Positions 16,699 through 25,564 of a DNA stretch of 44,113 nt are shown here, piece by piece. The notes below the pieces were generated by a model, which did not search any database, was not told the DNA's origin, and was given only the letters and a program-made list of their open reading frames with translations. Numbering within the stretch: the first letter of the stretch is position 1; each line of letters starts with the position of its first letter. Source of the stretch: Kiritimatiellia bacterium (GTDB lineage Bacteria > Verrucomicrobiota > Kiritimatiellia > RFP12 > UBA1067). The stretch lies in the NCBI GenBank assembly GCA_017646325.1, contig JAGCMU010000061.1, forward strand, positions 1 to 44,113, given 5' to 3'. The translations under genes and the position numbers were made by a program.

Positions 16699-17898
16699 AT
16701 GGCAGAGAAGAGAGATTACTATGAGGTGCTGGGCGTTGATAAAAGCGCTACGGCAGATCAGATAAAAACGGCTTATCGCAAGCTCGCGATGAAGTGGCAT
16801 CCGGATCGTAATCCCGATAATCCGGAGGCGAAGGATAAATTCTCTGAAATTTCCGAAGCTTACGAAGTCCTTTCGAATGAAGAAAAGCGCGCTCGCTACG
16901 ATCAGTTCGGCCATCAGGGAATTAATTTCGGGCCAGGCGGATTTGATTTTGGCCGCGATTTCTCGCACTTCCAAGACGTTGATTTGGGCGATATTCTCGG
17001 TTCTATTTTTGGCGGTGGCGGCGGCTTCGGCGGCTTTGGCGGGTTTGGTGATTTCTTTGGCGGTTCGCGCCGTCAGCAGACAGATCCAAATGCTCCACAG
17101 CGCGGCGAAGATATGTCAATTGAGATGCAAATCGATTTTGACGAGGCTCTTTTCGGAAGTGAAAGAACTCTTGAATTAAAACTTCCTGAGCAATGCTCGC
17201 ACTGTAAAGGAACTGGCGCGGCAGAAGGCTCTTCTCGCGTGACGTGTAAGACTTGTGGCGGTAAGGGTGTCGTTATCGGCGGCGGCGGAATTTTCCAACT
17301 CCGTCAAACGTGTCCGACGTGCCACGGCGCGAGGACGATGGTTGAAAAGCCTTGCAAACACTGCGATGGCACGGGTCACGTCCGCACTCCTAAAAAGATT
17401 GCTTTGCGTATTCCTAAAGGTGTTGACACAGGTTCAAGATTGCGCCTTTCCGGCAAGGGCGGCGGCGGATTGCGCGGCGGTCCAGCAGGTGATTTGCTCG
17501 TCGTAATCAACGTAAGAAAATCTAATATCTTTGAGCGTGAAGGAATGATGCTTTACGTAGATGTTCCCGTATCGCCATTCTTGGCGGCATTGGGCGGCGA
17601 CCTTGATATCCCAACTCCAGAAGGTACGGCAACAGTTAGGCTTTCTGCAGGAACGCCAAACGGTAAAGTTTTGCGTTTGCGCGGGAAAGGCGCGCCAGAT
17701 ATCCACAGCGGTCAATCAGGCGATCTTTTCGCGCGTATTGTTTTCGATGTTCCCGTGAACTTGAGTTCTGCGCAGAAGAAGCAACTCGAAGAGTTTGAAG
17801 CATCTTTGAAACTTGAAAATTATGCGTCGCAAAAAGAGTTCAAGAATAACGTGAAAACATTTTACGCACACAAAGAAGTGTTGCAGAAAAACAAATAA
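16699..17898 (+). CDS. dnaJ: Chaperone DnaJ
   Basis: J-domain HPD, G/F-rich region, four CxxCxG zinc-finger repeats. Confidence 0.97.
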   Translation: MAEKRDYYEVLGVDKSATADQIKTAYRKLAMKWHPDRNPDNPEAKDKFSEISEAYEVLSNEEKRARYDQFGHQGINFGPGGFDFGRDFSHFQDVDLGDILGSIFGGGGGFGGFGGFGDFFGGSRRQQTDPNAPQRGEDMSIEMQIDFDEALFGSERTLELKLPEQCSHCKGTGAAEGSSRVTCKTCGGKGVVIGGGGIFQLRQTCPTCHGARTMVEKPCKHCDGTGHVRTPKKIALRIPKGVDTGSRLRLSGKGGGGLRGGPAGDLLVVINVRKSNIFEREGMMLYVDVPVSPFLAALGGDLDIPTPEGTATVRLSAGTPNGKVLRLRGKGAPDIHSGQSGDLFARIVFDVPVNLSSAQKKQLEEFEASLKLENYASQKEFKNNVKTFYAHKEVLQKNK

Positions 17899-17900
17899 GC

Positions 17901-18614
17901 ATGCATCGCCTTTTTGAAACTGCGCTTGAAGATGTTGTGACGCTTTCAAAAGAAGCGTCGCATCATTTAAGTGTAGTTCGTCCTAAAAACGGAGAAGAAA
18001 TAGAACTCTTTGACGGTAAAGGGCGAGTGCGCACATATAAGGTAGAATCGCAAAAAGCGCCTTTAGTTGCAACGGGCGAAGTTCGAAATGTCGAGCGTCA
18101 AAAAACTGAAATAACTCTTTTCGCCTGCGTTACGAAGGGGTCGCGTTGGGATTGGACTATTGAAAAAGCTGTCGAACTTGGAGCGACGCGAATAGTGCCG
18201 GTGATTTCCGATCGCTCCATCGTCCGCTTGGCGGCGAATGAGCGTCCAGCAAAGGCTGAAAGGTGGCGTCGTGTCGCGTTGGATGCCGCAAGGCAAAGCG
18301 ATGCTGCATGGCTTCCGGAAATTGTTGAAGCCGTCGATTTTGAAGATTCGCTTAAGATCGTGAAAGATTGCGACGTGGTTTTTACCGGAGCTTTGACGAA
18401 TCCGCCGCCTAAATCATTCCTTGATGAATTAAATGCACAAAAAGATTTATCTTCAGTCGGTGTGTTCGTAGGTCCAGAAGGGGATTTTACTCCGCAAGAA
18501 ATGGAAGCTCTCTTGTCTTGTACTATCCCTGTTACATTCGGTCCGACAATCCTGAGGGCGGAGACGGCGGCAATATTTGCACTAAGCGTACTCTCCGCAT
18601 TTTTCCGCAAATAA
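17901..18614 (+). CDS. rsmE: 16S rRNA m3U1498 methyltransferase
   Basis: EKAVELG, VGPEGDFT and ILRAETAA motifs. Confidence 0.95.
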   Translation: MHRLFETALEDVVTLSKEASHHLSVVRPKNGEEIELFDGKGRVRTYKVESQKAPLVATGEVRNVERQKTEITLFACVTKGSRWDWTIEKAVELGATRIVPVISDRSIVRLAANERPAKAERWRRVALDAARQSDAAWLPEIVEAVDFEDSLKIVKDCDVVFTGALTNPPPKSFLDELNAQKDLSSVGVFVGPEGDFTPQEMEALLSCTIPVTFGPTILRAETAAIFALSVLSAFFRK

Positions 18615-18620
18615 AAAGAT

Positions 18621-18652
18621 AAAAAAAGACCAGCAAACGCTGGCCTTTTTTT
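18621..18652. terminator. Bidirectional intrinsic terminator
   Basis: A7-GACCAGC-aaac-GCTGGCC-T7; pairs fully (with one G-U) on the minus strand. Confidence 0.8.
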
Positions 18653-18659
18653 GCGGATC

Positions 18660-18878
18660 GTATTGAATTCAACCTCACCGCCTCAGTCGCGCAAGGCAAC
18701 TGAAATTTTACTTTCCAAACAGATTTTTCTTTTTCGCCCACCTCGACGTGTCGCTCGCTGTCATGCGGAAAAGTCGTAATGTTTGTTACGAGACCGTCGG
18801 CTAATGTGCTTAATTAAGGAAAACCTTGTTTTTCCAGTTTCTAAGAGCCTGCCTAAACAAGCTCTACCGAATTCATAC
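18660..18878 (-). ncRNA. Stand-alone structured non-coding RNA of unknown family (~220 nt)
   Basis: Own promoter and terminator; 5'/3' closing stem GUAUGAAUUCGG / UUGAAUUCAAUAC; four internal hairpins; G-U pairs form on the minus strand only; no credible ORF. Confidence 0.65.
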
Positions 18879-18882
18879 AACT

Positions 18883-18911
18883 ATACTAACAAAAAAAATG
18901 GTGATGCGCAA
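18883..18911 (-). promoter_or_regulatory. Sigma70-type promoter of the ncRNA candidate
   Basis: Minus-strand TTGCGC(18911-18906)-17bp-TAGTAT(18888-18883), overlapping an alternative TATAGT. Confidence 0.55.
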
Positions 18912-18931
18912 GTGTTCTGCAGAAAAATATT

Positions 18932-19684
18932 TTAAATTTCCTTATGCTTTTCCGCAGGCGTGTCAGGAGCGAAAATCACGTGAGACTGGATGATTGCAAG
19001 AACTGCAAAGATTGCCATTAAAAGTTCTCCGCCTTCTTCTATTGCCGTGAAAAGGGCGGTGACAGCACCAGAAGAAGCGTCAAGCAATTCCGGAGTAAAA
19101 AGGTTTGCCTTGCGGCATGTTTTCGTAAGCCCGTCACACGCCTGAGACATAACGCCAGAGATGCCGAAGAATGCGACAGACCATGCAACAGGGTGCATTT
19201 TGAAAAAGCCTTTGAAAAGTTTTTTGAAGTAAAATACGAGAGGTGTCAGAACGGCAAATCCAAAGAGAATAAAGAATGCAATCACGAACAGTTTCGGCAT
19301 GAAAGGAATGTCGGGAGATGTTAAAAAGCGCATTTTGAAAACAGTGCCTTTAAATGTGATTTCAGGCCAAATCATGCTGAACCATTGCTTGTGCCAGTCA
19401 AGCTGGCGTACGAGTGCCATAAAGCCGAGAAGGGAGAAGATGGAAGAGAAAAATATTTTTTTCTTCATCGAGCCGCTTACCGGGCAGCATAACCATGCAA
19501 GAGGAATAATCATTGCAAATACTGGAAGAGTTAAAATCTCGACTAATGAATGTCCGTCGTTGTCAAATGAGATGATCAAAGTTCTTGGATCTATTGTGAG
19601 CCAACAGAACACAAAACTTACGATGCCGATGAAGAAGATTATTGGTGCAATCACCCACGAGTTTTTTGATGATAATAAGTTCAT
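18932..19684 (-). CDS. Hypothetical multi-pass membrane protein
   Basis: Probable ATG at 19684 after AAGGA (the listed ORF's upstream part overlaps the ligase gene); about six TM helices; RQLDWH and EEGGEL motifs. Confidence 0.75.
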   Translation of the reverse strand: MNLLSSKNSWVIAPIIFFIGIVSFVFCWLTIDPRTLIISFDNDGHSLVEILTLPVFAMIIPLAWLCCPVSGSMKKKIFFSSIFSLLGFMALVRQLDWHKQWFSMIWPEITFKGTVFKMRFLTSPDIPFMPKLFVIAFFILFGFAVLTPLVFYFKKLFKGFFKMHPVAWSVAFFGISGVMSQACDGLTKTCRKANLFTPELLDASSGAVTALFTAIEEGGELLMAIFAVLAIIQSHVIFAPDTPAEKHKEI

Positions 19685-19698
19685 ATTTGTTATCCTTT

Positions 19699-21375
19699 TT
19701 ATTTTTCGTCTAAAGTACCTTTGTATTCTCCACGACGGATTTTTTGTGTAGAAGTTCTCAAGAGAGGAGTTTTTGAAATAACGACTTTTCTGACGCGCTT
19801 GTAGTCGGCCATATTGTGACATCTTGCCTGTACGCGTTCTTTTGTGATTTTTTCGATATCCTCCCAGCTTGGAAGATTTCCGTTCGTTTCTTCTTTCAAC
19901 ACTTCAAGATTAGGGCAAACAATACAGCCTACTTTTTCTCCGGGCAAATCACCTGTCGTATATCCAACTACGATACAATCGGAAACGAAAAGATCTTCTG
20001 CGATATAGTTTTCCACTTCTTCAGGATAGATGTTTTTGCCTTCGCGGTTTACGATGAGGGCTTTTTTTCTTCCGCGTATTGTGATGTAACCATCATCGTC
20101 AATCGTAGCCAAGTCGCCGGTCATAAACCATTCGCCGTCAAAAGTTGCTGCGGTCGCCTCGTCGTTTTTCCAATATCCCTTCATAGTGATAGGGCCTTTA
20201 ACCTGCAACTCTCCAATTCCGTTTTCGTTGGGATTGTCAATGCGTACATCAATGCCCGGGATTTTCTTTCCGATAGTTCCGACTTTTCCTGATTGGGCAC
20301 CGGAAATAGAAACGATTGGAGCACATTCCGTAAGACCATACCCTTCAATCATTTTTATTCCAAACTTGTTAAAGCCATTAATGATGTGTAACGGGCATGG
20401 AGCGCCGCCAACTAACATGAAGCGGATATTGCCGCCAAGAGATGAGGTGAGCTTTTTCTGAACGAGAGATTTTAAACCACAGGCTATGAGCAGTTTCGCC
20501 AGTTTTGAAGAGTTGATTTTCTTTTCAATTTTTTCGTAGAACTTTTCCGCCATGAGCGGTACGCACATGATGACAGACGGTTTTAGATTGCGTGTGTCTT
20601 CGGCGACCGTGTAGAGAGATCTGACGAAATAAAGCGCGCTTGCCATTTGGAGAGCGACAACAAAATTTGCCGTGAATGAGAAGGCGTGGAAGAGGGGAAG
20701 TACAACCAAGAATGAATCTCGCTCATCAACATCGGCTTCAAATCCTTCAATAGAGCCTTTTGCATCTTCAATGAAGTTTTTATGCGTGAGCATCGCGCCT
20801 TTTGGCTTGCCCGTAGTTCCCGATGTGTAGAGAATGGACGCTATGTCGTCTTCTTTCGCCACATTCTGGGAGTACCAGGAAGTTTCGGTTTCTTTAAATT
20901 GCTCATAAAAGGCTTCATACGAATATACTTTTACATTACCGATTTGCTTCAAATCCTCTTCTTTTACGGCTCCAATCAAAACGAGAGAACGGACAGACGG
21001 AAGGTTTGGTAAAATATTGCGCATCATTTCAAGGTGAGCAACATCTGTTGTGACGATTGTCGCTTGAGAGTTTGATATTATCCAATGCGCTTCCTCGTCG
21101 TGAAGCTTTGGATCTACCGTTACAACGCCTACACCCGCGCCGCTGCAAGAAAGATAAGAGGTTACCCATTCAGGATTGTTGGGGAGAATCAACGCGACGT
21201 TTTCTTCTCGCGGTTTTGCCCCTAAAACCGTTCCGTAAGCCTGGGCGATTATGTGGACATTTTTCAAGAATTGGGCATAAGAGCAAGTTTGCCATCGCTC
21301 GTTTTTGAAAAATTTTAAAGCAACAGCATCGGGATGCGTTTTTGCACTGTTTTCTAAAAGAGTACGAATTGTCAT
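19699..21375 (-). CDS. Long-chain fatty acid-CoA ligase (AMP-binding)
   Basis: YTSGTTGKPKG, EGYGLTE, WFMTGDL and GKNIYPEEVE motifs. Confidence 0.92.
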   Translation of the reverse strand: MTIRTLLENSAKTHPDAVALKFFKNERWQTCSYAQFLKNVHIIAQAYGTVLGAKPREENVALILPNNPEWVTSYLSCSGAGVGVVTVDPKLHDEEAHWIISNSQATIVTTDVAHLEMMRNILPNLPSVRSLVLIGAVKEEDLKQIGNVKVYSYEAFYEQFKETETSWYSQNVAKEDDIASILYTSGTTGKPKGAMLTHKNFIEDAKGSIEGFEADVDERDSFLVVLPLFHAFSFTANFVVALQMASALYFVRSLYTVAEDTRNLKPSVIMCVPLMAEKFYEKIEKKINSSKLAKLLIACGLKSLVQKKLTSSLGGNIRFMLVGGAPCPLHIINGFNKFGIKMIEGYGLTECAPIVSISGAQSGKVGTIGKKIPGIDVRIDNPNENGIGELQVKGPITMKGYWKNDEATAATFDGEWFMTGDLATIDDDGYITIRGRKKALIVNREGKNIYPEEVENYIAEDLFVSDCIVVGYTTGDLPGEKVGCIVCPNLEVLKEETNGNLPSWEDIEKITKERVQARCHNMADYKRVRKVVISKTPLLRTSTQKIRRGEYKGTLDEK

Positions 21376-22304
21376 GCGGCTAATCCTTTAATCCATTTGA
21401 GAGGGTCCCGTAATTTGTCAAATATCGGTGACTGTTTTCGTGCGATTAAAATATCTGAGCGTAATTCTTTTGCGGCATTTGCAATTTCTTTTTCGCTCAT
21501 AGAAAGAACTGCAGTTGAAAGAGCGTCGGCAATTGTCGCATTAGGAGCAACTACCCAAGCATGCTCCCAAGAGGAAGCGGCTTCGCATTTGCGAGGGTTT
21601 ATCACGTGTTGCCCCTGCGCTTCAAATCCGGAGGCGGACAATGCTCCATTTTTTATTTCAATGTATGCTTTGTGTTTTGAGCGGCTTTTCCATTTTCCTC
21701 CGACGCCAAGTTTTTGCGGAATTGTTCCGCTTGCCAAAACGGTGGAGGAACCGGCATCAATCATAAAGTCGGTTATTTCAAATTGTTCGCCTTTTATGAC
21801 TTTCTTGCATTCGTCAAGGGCGAATCCTTTTCCAATGCCGCCGAAATCAAGCTCGACGGGTGTCGGTCTTCCCAATTTGTCTTCAGTTACGGAAATGCGA
21901 GTATGTTCTATGTCTATGACGAGGCGCTGCATTCCACACCTTGCAAAGGCATCTTCAAAATCCTCTTTTGAGATGTTTTCCCAATTCATGCCATTGTCGC
22001 GCAAGAGTTTCATGACCGGTGCGAGGGAAGGGTCGAAGGCGCCTTGTGTCGCCGCGCAAACATTGACTGATTCAAGAATCACAGCCATCGTTTCAGGCGC
22101 AACTACGGCGACTTCTCCTGGCTTTAAACTGCGTATTACCGCTACGTCGCTAGTGTCATTAAAAGTACTTAAGAGACGTTCAATATCGTCAATCTTTCTG
22201 AATGCTTCAACAGAAGCCGCTTCAGAAATCGAACGTTCCGCTCCATCGGCAAATGTAATTGCGAATTGACAATTCATTGCTCTATGTGTGTAGATTGACG
22301 ACAT
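21372..22304 (-). CDS. apbE: FAD:protein FMN transferase (ApbE), no signal peptide
   Basis: TQGAFDPS, LDFGGIGKGFALD, HVINPR and ADALSTA motifs. Confidence 0.9.
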   Translation of the reverse strand: MSSIYTHRAMNCQFAITFADGAERSISEAASVEAFRKIDDIERLLSTFNDTSDVAVIRSLKPGEVAVVAPETMAVILESVNVCAATQGAFDPSLAPVMKLLRDNGMNWENISKEDFEDAFARCGMQRLVIDIEHTRISVTEDKLGRPTPVELDFGGIGKGFALDECKKVIKGEQFEITDFMIDAGSSTVLASGTIPQKLGVGGKWKSRSKHKAYIEIKNGALSASGFEAQGQHVINPRKCEAASSWEHAWVVAPNATIADALSTAVLSMSEKEIANAAKELRSDILIARKQSPIFDKLRDPLKWIKGLAA

Positions 22305-22313
22305 TGTGAAAAC

Positions 22314-24503
22314 TTACTTTCCTTGTTTCTCTTTCCTCATCTTACAGTAGCAACGAACCTTCTTTGATACGCAAACCATAATCGAAGCAAAGACAAAAGC
22401 GAGGGAAGATATTCTATGCAGCCAAAGGAGCGCGAGTTGGTCAACCCCTCCAAATACGGTCATCATAGGCATTACCGCGCTGAACAATACTACCGCTGCC
22501 AAGATACACCAAATGCTCCAATTCCCCGCCTTGCAAATACATTCCTCGTTTGGATTGGTCGAGAACATCGCAAGGACGGGAACGCACGCTGCAAAAATGC
22601 CGCCTGCTACCATGTGAAGAATCAACGCATAAGAAGTCATCGTTCCCGAAATCCATCCAATGATGCCGGATGAGGCAAGGTAAAGGAGGGAAAGAATGAA
22701 GGTAATGCGAGTCAATACTCTTACCAATTTGCGCAATGAGCAATCTTTCTCTGCTATTCTTTCAATAAGCAATTTGAGAAGGACAAACGACATTGCAATT
22801 GCAAATACAGCCATAAATCCAAATACCGCCCAAAGGAATACCTTGAATAAAGGACGCATTGCAAATGTCGTTCCTAAGAGTTTCTGATAACATCCATCAA
22901 GTCCCATAAGAGTGTAATTTGAAATTGCTTCGCTATGAGCATCTGTAATAGGGCCTGTGGGCGTAATCTTTCCTAAGAAGAATTTTGAGTCACCCGTGTG
23001 GCAGTCGGCACATTTGGCAGGGGCTGCGCCTCTTGCCTGGCGGCGAGGACGGATGTCGTGAGTAAAGCCCCAATAGATCGGCTCTGCGGCAGAATGCGCA
23101 GAGGCAACGAGATTCGTTCCATCAACCTTCCAAAGTTTTCCGTGACCGATGAAGGCGAATTCTTTCGATTTATCTTTCTGTGATAAATTATTAAGTGTTT
23201 TTGCTACCGAAGATTTTGTCAATGCGCCCTTGATGGCATTTGCGCCGTTTAAAAGAGCATCGTCAGGACGAATAGGTTCAACGTTTTCACCTTTGACAAC
23301 AGCAAAGAAACTTGGCCATGTCATACGGTAGGGAGAAATTTTTCCGCCAGGACTTGTCTTCATATAAATTGGTTCAAGAATGTTTGGAATATCCGTTGCC
23401 CATTGCGCTCGTCCATAAATTCCAATCCTGTTGGCGCGCGACGTGCGTACTTGAGCGACCTCGCCGTTTGCTGTTACGCCGGAGTGGCATACCCTGCAAG
23501 AAATCTTCTTGAAGTGAACGAGCGGAATGCCTTTATGAGCGGGCTTTGGACCTGCCCCTTTAGGGTCGATATGGCAATCGCCGCAGGATTTTGTTTGAAC
23601 GCGGTGGTCGATTCCGTTGTAGTGGCAATCAACACATTTCATTCCCGCGCGCAAGTGTACGTCTCCTGCAATCGCGTGAGAAGGCATATCCTTTTGCGTA
23701 ACAGAGTGGCATGCGAAACAGCGCTCGTTACGAGGCTTTCCGACTTTGAAGAGACAGCGGTTTTTATCGTCAAAACGCTTCAAGTCGTACTTGATGCGCT
23801 GTGGAACTTTGAAGAGCTTGTCATCGGGGTTTACTTTCTGAACGGCGCCGCTCCAAGTTGCCCCCATGCGAGCGTTCATACCTTCAACCTGCGCGATACC
23901 CGAGGCGGCGCTTGCAGCCCCGCTAAAGTTTTCGCGGGCAATTTGACGGGCCCATTCGCTGGAATCGTATTCGTCGTCTTGCTGGTGGCAGGCAAGACAG
24001 TTTTTCTCAAGTGGTCCTGTTACTAACCAGCGCGACTTTGCGCCGCACACTTCTTCCATCGCATTAGTATCAGAGCCGATGCCTCCGCCAGGAAAGTTTC
24101 GTGCAAATTCTTTCGTCCATTGCCACGCAGACATTCCGATGGCAGCTGGCGTATAAATGCCTTTTTGCGCGGAAAAGGAAAGGGGGATTGATGTGCCGAG
24201 TTTTTCATCGACTAAAAACCAAGGTTCGGTATACGCTTTATTGACTGCTTCATTTGTGTAAAGCCCCGTTCTGAAGTGAGAGGCTCCATTCATTGCAGAT
24301 ACATCGTGGCATTGACCGCACGTCTTTTCAAATGAAATTCCGGAAGGGGAGATTTCAGATGGGGAAATGGCGGTAGAATCGCCGTCGACAGGTGCGAGGC
24401 GATGAACAGGCGGAACTCTTCCGCCGTTCCAATGGGATGCTGCAAGAGTTAATGTTGTAACGGTTATAAAAGCGAATACGGAAGTGCTGCTTGGTTTAAA
24501 CAT
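22314..24503 (-). CDS. Multiheme (7 CxxCH) c-type cytochrome with a C-terminal ~5-TM membrane domain
   Basis: Signal-like N-terminus; CGQCH, CLACH, CFACH, CVDCH, CGDCH, CRVCH, CADCH; TM helices containing two His; GGAGGAG RBS. Confidence 0.88.
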   Translation of the reverse strand: MFKPSSTSVFAFITVTTLTLAASHWNGGRVPPVHRLAPVDGDSTAISPSEISPSGISFEKTCGQCHDVSAMNGASHFRTGLYTNEAVNKAYTEPWFLVDEKLGTSIPLSFSAQKGIYTPAAIGMSAWQWTKEFARNFPGGGIGSDTNAMEEVCGAKSRWLVTGPLEKNCLACHQQDDEYDSSEWARQIARENFSGAASAASGIAQVEGMNARMGATWSGAVQKVNPDDKLFKVPQRIKYDLKRFDDKNRCLFKVGKPRNERCFACHSVTQKDMPSHAIAGDVHLRAGMKCVDCHYNGIDHRVQTKSCGDCHIDPKGAGPKPAHKGIPLVHFKKISCRVCHSGVTANGEVAQVRTSRANRIGIYGRAQWATDIPNILEPIYMKTSPGGKISPYRMTWPSFFAVVKGENVEPIRPDDALLNGANAIKGALTKSSVAKTLNNLSQKDKSKEFAFIGHGKLWKVDGTNLVASAHSAAEPIYWGFTHDIRPRRQARGAAPAKCADCHTGDSKFFLGKITPTGPITDAHSEAISNYTLMGLDGCYQKLLGTTFAMRPLFKVFLWAVFGFMAVFAIAMSFVLLKLLIERIAEKDCSLRKLVRVLTRITFILSLLYLASSGIIGWISGTMTSYALILHMVAGGIFAACVPVLAMFSTNPNEECICKAGNWSIWCILAAVVLFSAVMPMMTVFGGVDQLALLWLHRISSLAFVFASIMVCVSKKVRCYCKMRKEKQGK

Positions 24504-24512
24504 TACTCCTCC

Positions 24513-24956
24513 TTATTTAGACTCGTTTGAACTTTTTGCTTCTTGATTGTCTTTTGTGGCAAGAGAGAAATTCCACACGTCGGCACTACGGCAAGCGTCG
24601 ATTACATTCATGAGAGCTTCGTAATCAGTTGCTTTGTCTGCGCGGATAATAACGCTCTGCCCTGGATAGATTTTCGCTATACGGGCAAGACGCGTAGTTA
24701 CCTCTTCAAGCGTGAGCGCAAGTCCATTTACGGAAACTCCACCTTTTTCGTCCACGTTAAGAATTACCTGCCCGGGAAGTCGACCTTGGATAGTAGCCGA
24801 CTTTGCTGTGGGCAAGGAAATCTCCACTTCTGTTTCCCATTGCGAAAAAACGCTTGAGGTTACGAAGAAGCACAAGAGCAGGAAGATGACATCCATTAAA
24901 GACGTCATCGGGATGACTGCGCTCTTGGAAGATTTTTTTTCTTTGTTGAAAATCAT
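24513..24956 (-). CDS. exbD: ExbD/TolR family biopolymer transport protein
   Basis: MTSLMDVIFLLLCFF TM with conserved Asp; VIIRADK. Confidence 0.9.
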   Translation of the reverse strand: MIFNKEKKSSKSAVIPMTSLMDVIFLLLCFFVTSSVFSQWETEVEISLPTAKSATIQGRLPGQVILNVDEKGGVSVNGLALTLEEVTTRLARIAKIYPGQSVIIRADKATDYEALMNVIDACRSADVWNFSLATKDNQEAKSSNESK

Positions 24957-25564
24957 TTGAATACCTTGATAAGCTTATCGGAAAGTGTTTCAAGTTCAGA
25001 AATTCTCTTTGCCGTGCGACGACGCAAGAAAGCATGGATTGCAATACAGGGGATTGCAACGACAAGACCGAAAATAGTCGTGACGATCGCCTGGGAAACG
25101 CCTTGCGCGAGCACTACCGGACGGGCGTTTGCCGCTACGTCGCTTGCAATGCCGCCGAAAGCGCTGAACATGCCGAGGACAGTACCAAGAAGACCTACGA
25201 GAGGAGCGATTGCCGCAATATCCGCAAGGTAGTCAACGACGGCGTTGAGGCGTTCGGAAACGTGCGAGCCGATTGTTGCAATAGAATCTGCAGATTTGGC
25301 GCCGGAACTCATCGCCTCCAATGCGACAGCGGAAAACGGGCAAGGCTTGCGCAAGCACGCTTGATACGCATCTTCCACTTTGCGTTTGTTGAGAAGGTCG
25401 AAAACCTCACTAATCAATTCTTGAGGGCATATTGCCTGACGGCGCTGCGTAATCAAGACGATTAAAAATATTGCGAAAGCAATGACGGAAAGAGCCGCCA
25501 TAACCCACATAATCCAACCACCATATTCCCACGCTTGCGAGAATTGAATACTTATTTCTTTCAT
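24953..25564 (-). CDS. exbB: MotA/TolQ/ExbB proton channel protein
   Basis: APLVGLLGTVLGM and GVSQAIVTTIFGLVVAIP motifs. Confidence 0.9.
   Translation of the reverse strand: MKEISIQFSQAWEYGGWIMWVMAALSVIAFAIFLIVLITQRRQAICPQELISEVFDLLNKRKVEDAYQACLRKPCPFSAVALEAMSSGAKSADSIATIGSHVSERLNAVVDYLADIAAIAPLVGLLGTVLGMFSAFGGIASDVAANARPVVLAQGVSQAIVTTIFGLVVAIPCIAIHAFLRRRTAKRISELETLSDKLIKVFK

Noticed and set aside
18660-18878. Assignment of the ncRNA candidate as tmRNA, RNase P RNA, T-box or c-di-AMP/cobalamin riboswitch
   Set aside because: Signature motifs are absent and no same-strand gene follows; the plus-strand CCGTCGGCTAA resemblance to the ydaO motif is isolated
21397-22269. 290-aa plus-strand ORF antisense to apbE
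   Set aside because: Shadow ORF: Ser/Ala-rich, no motifs, fully overlapping a clear gene
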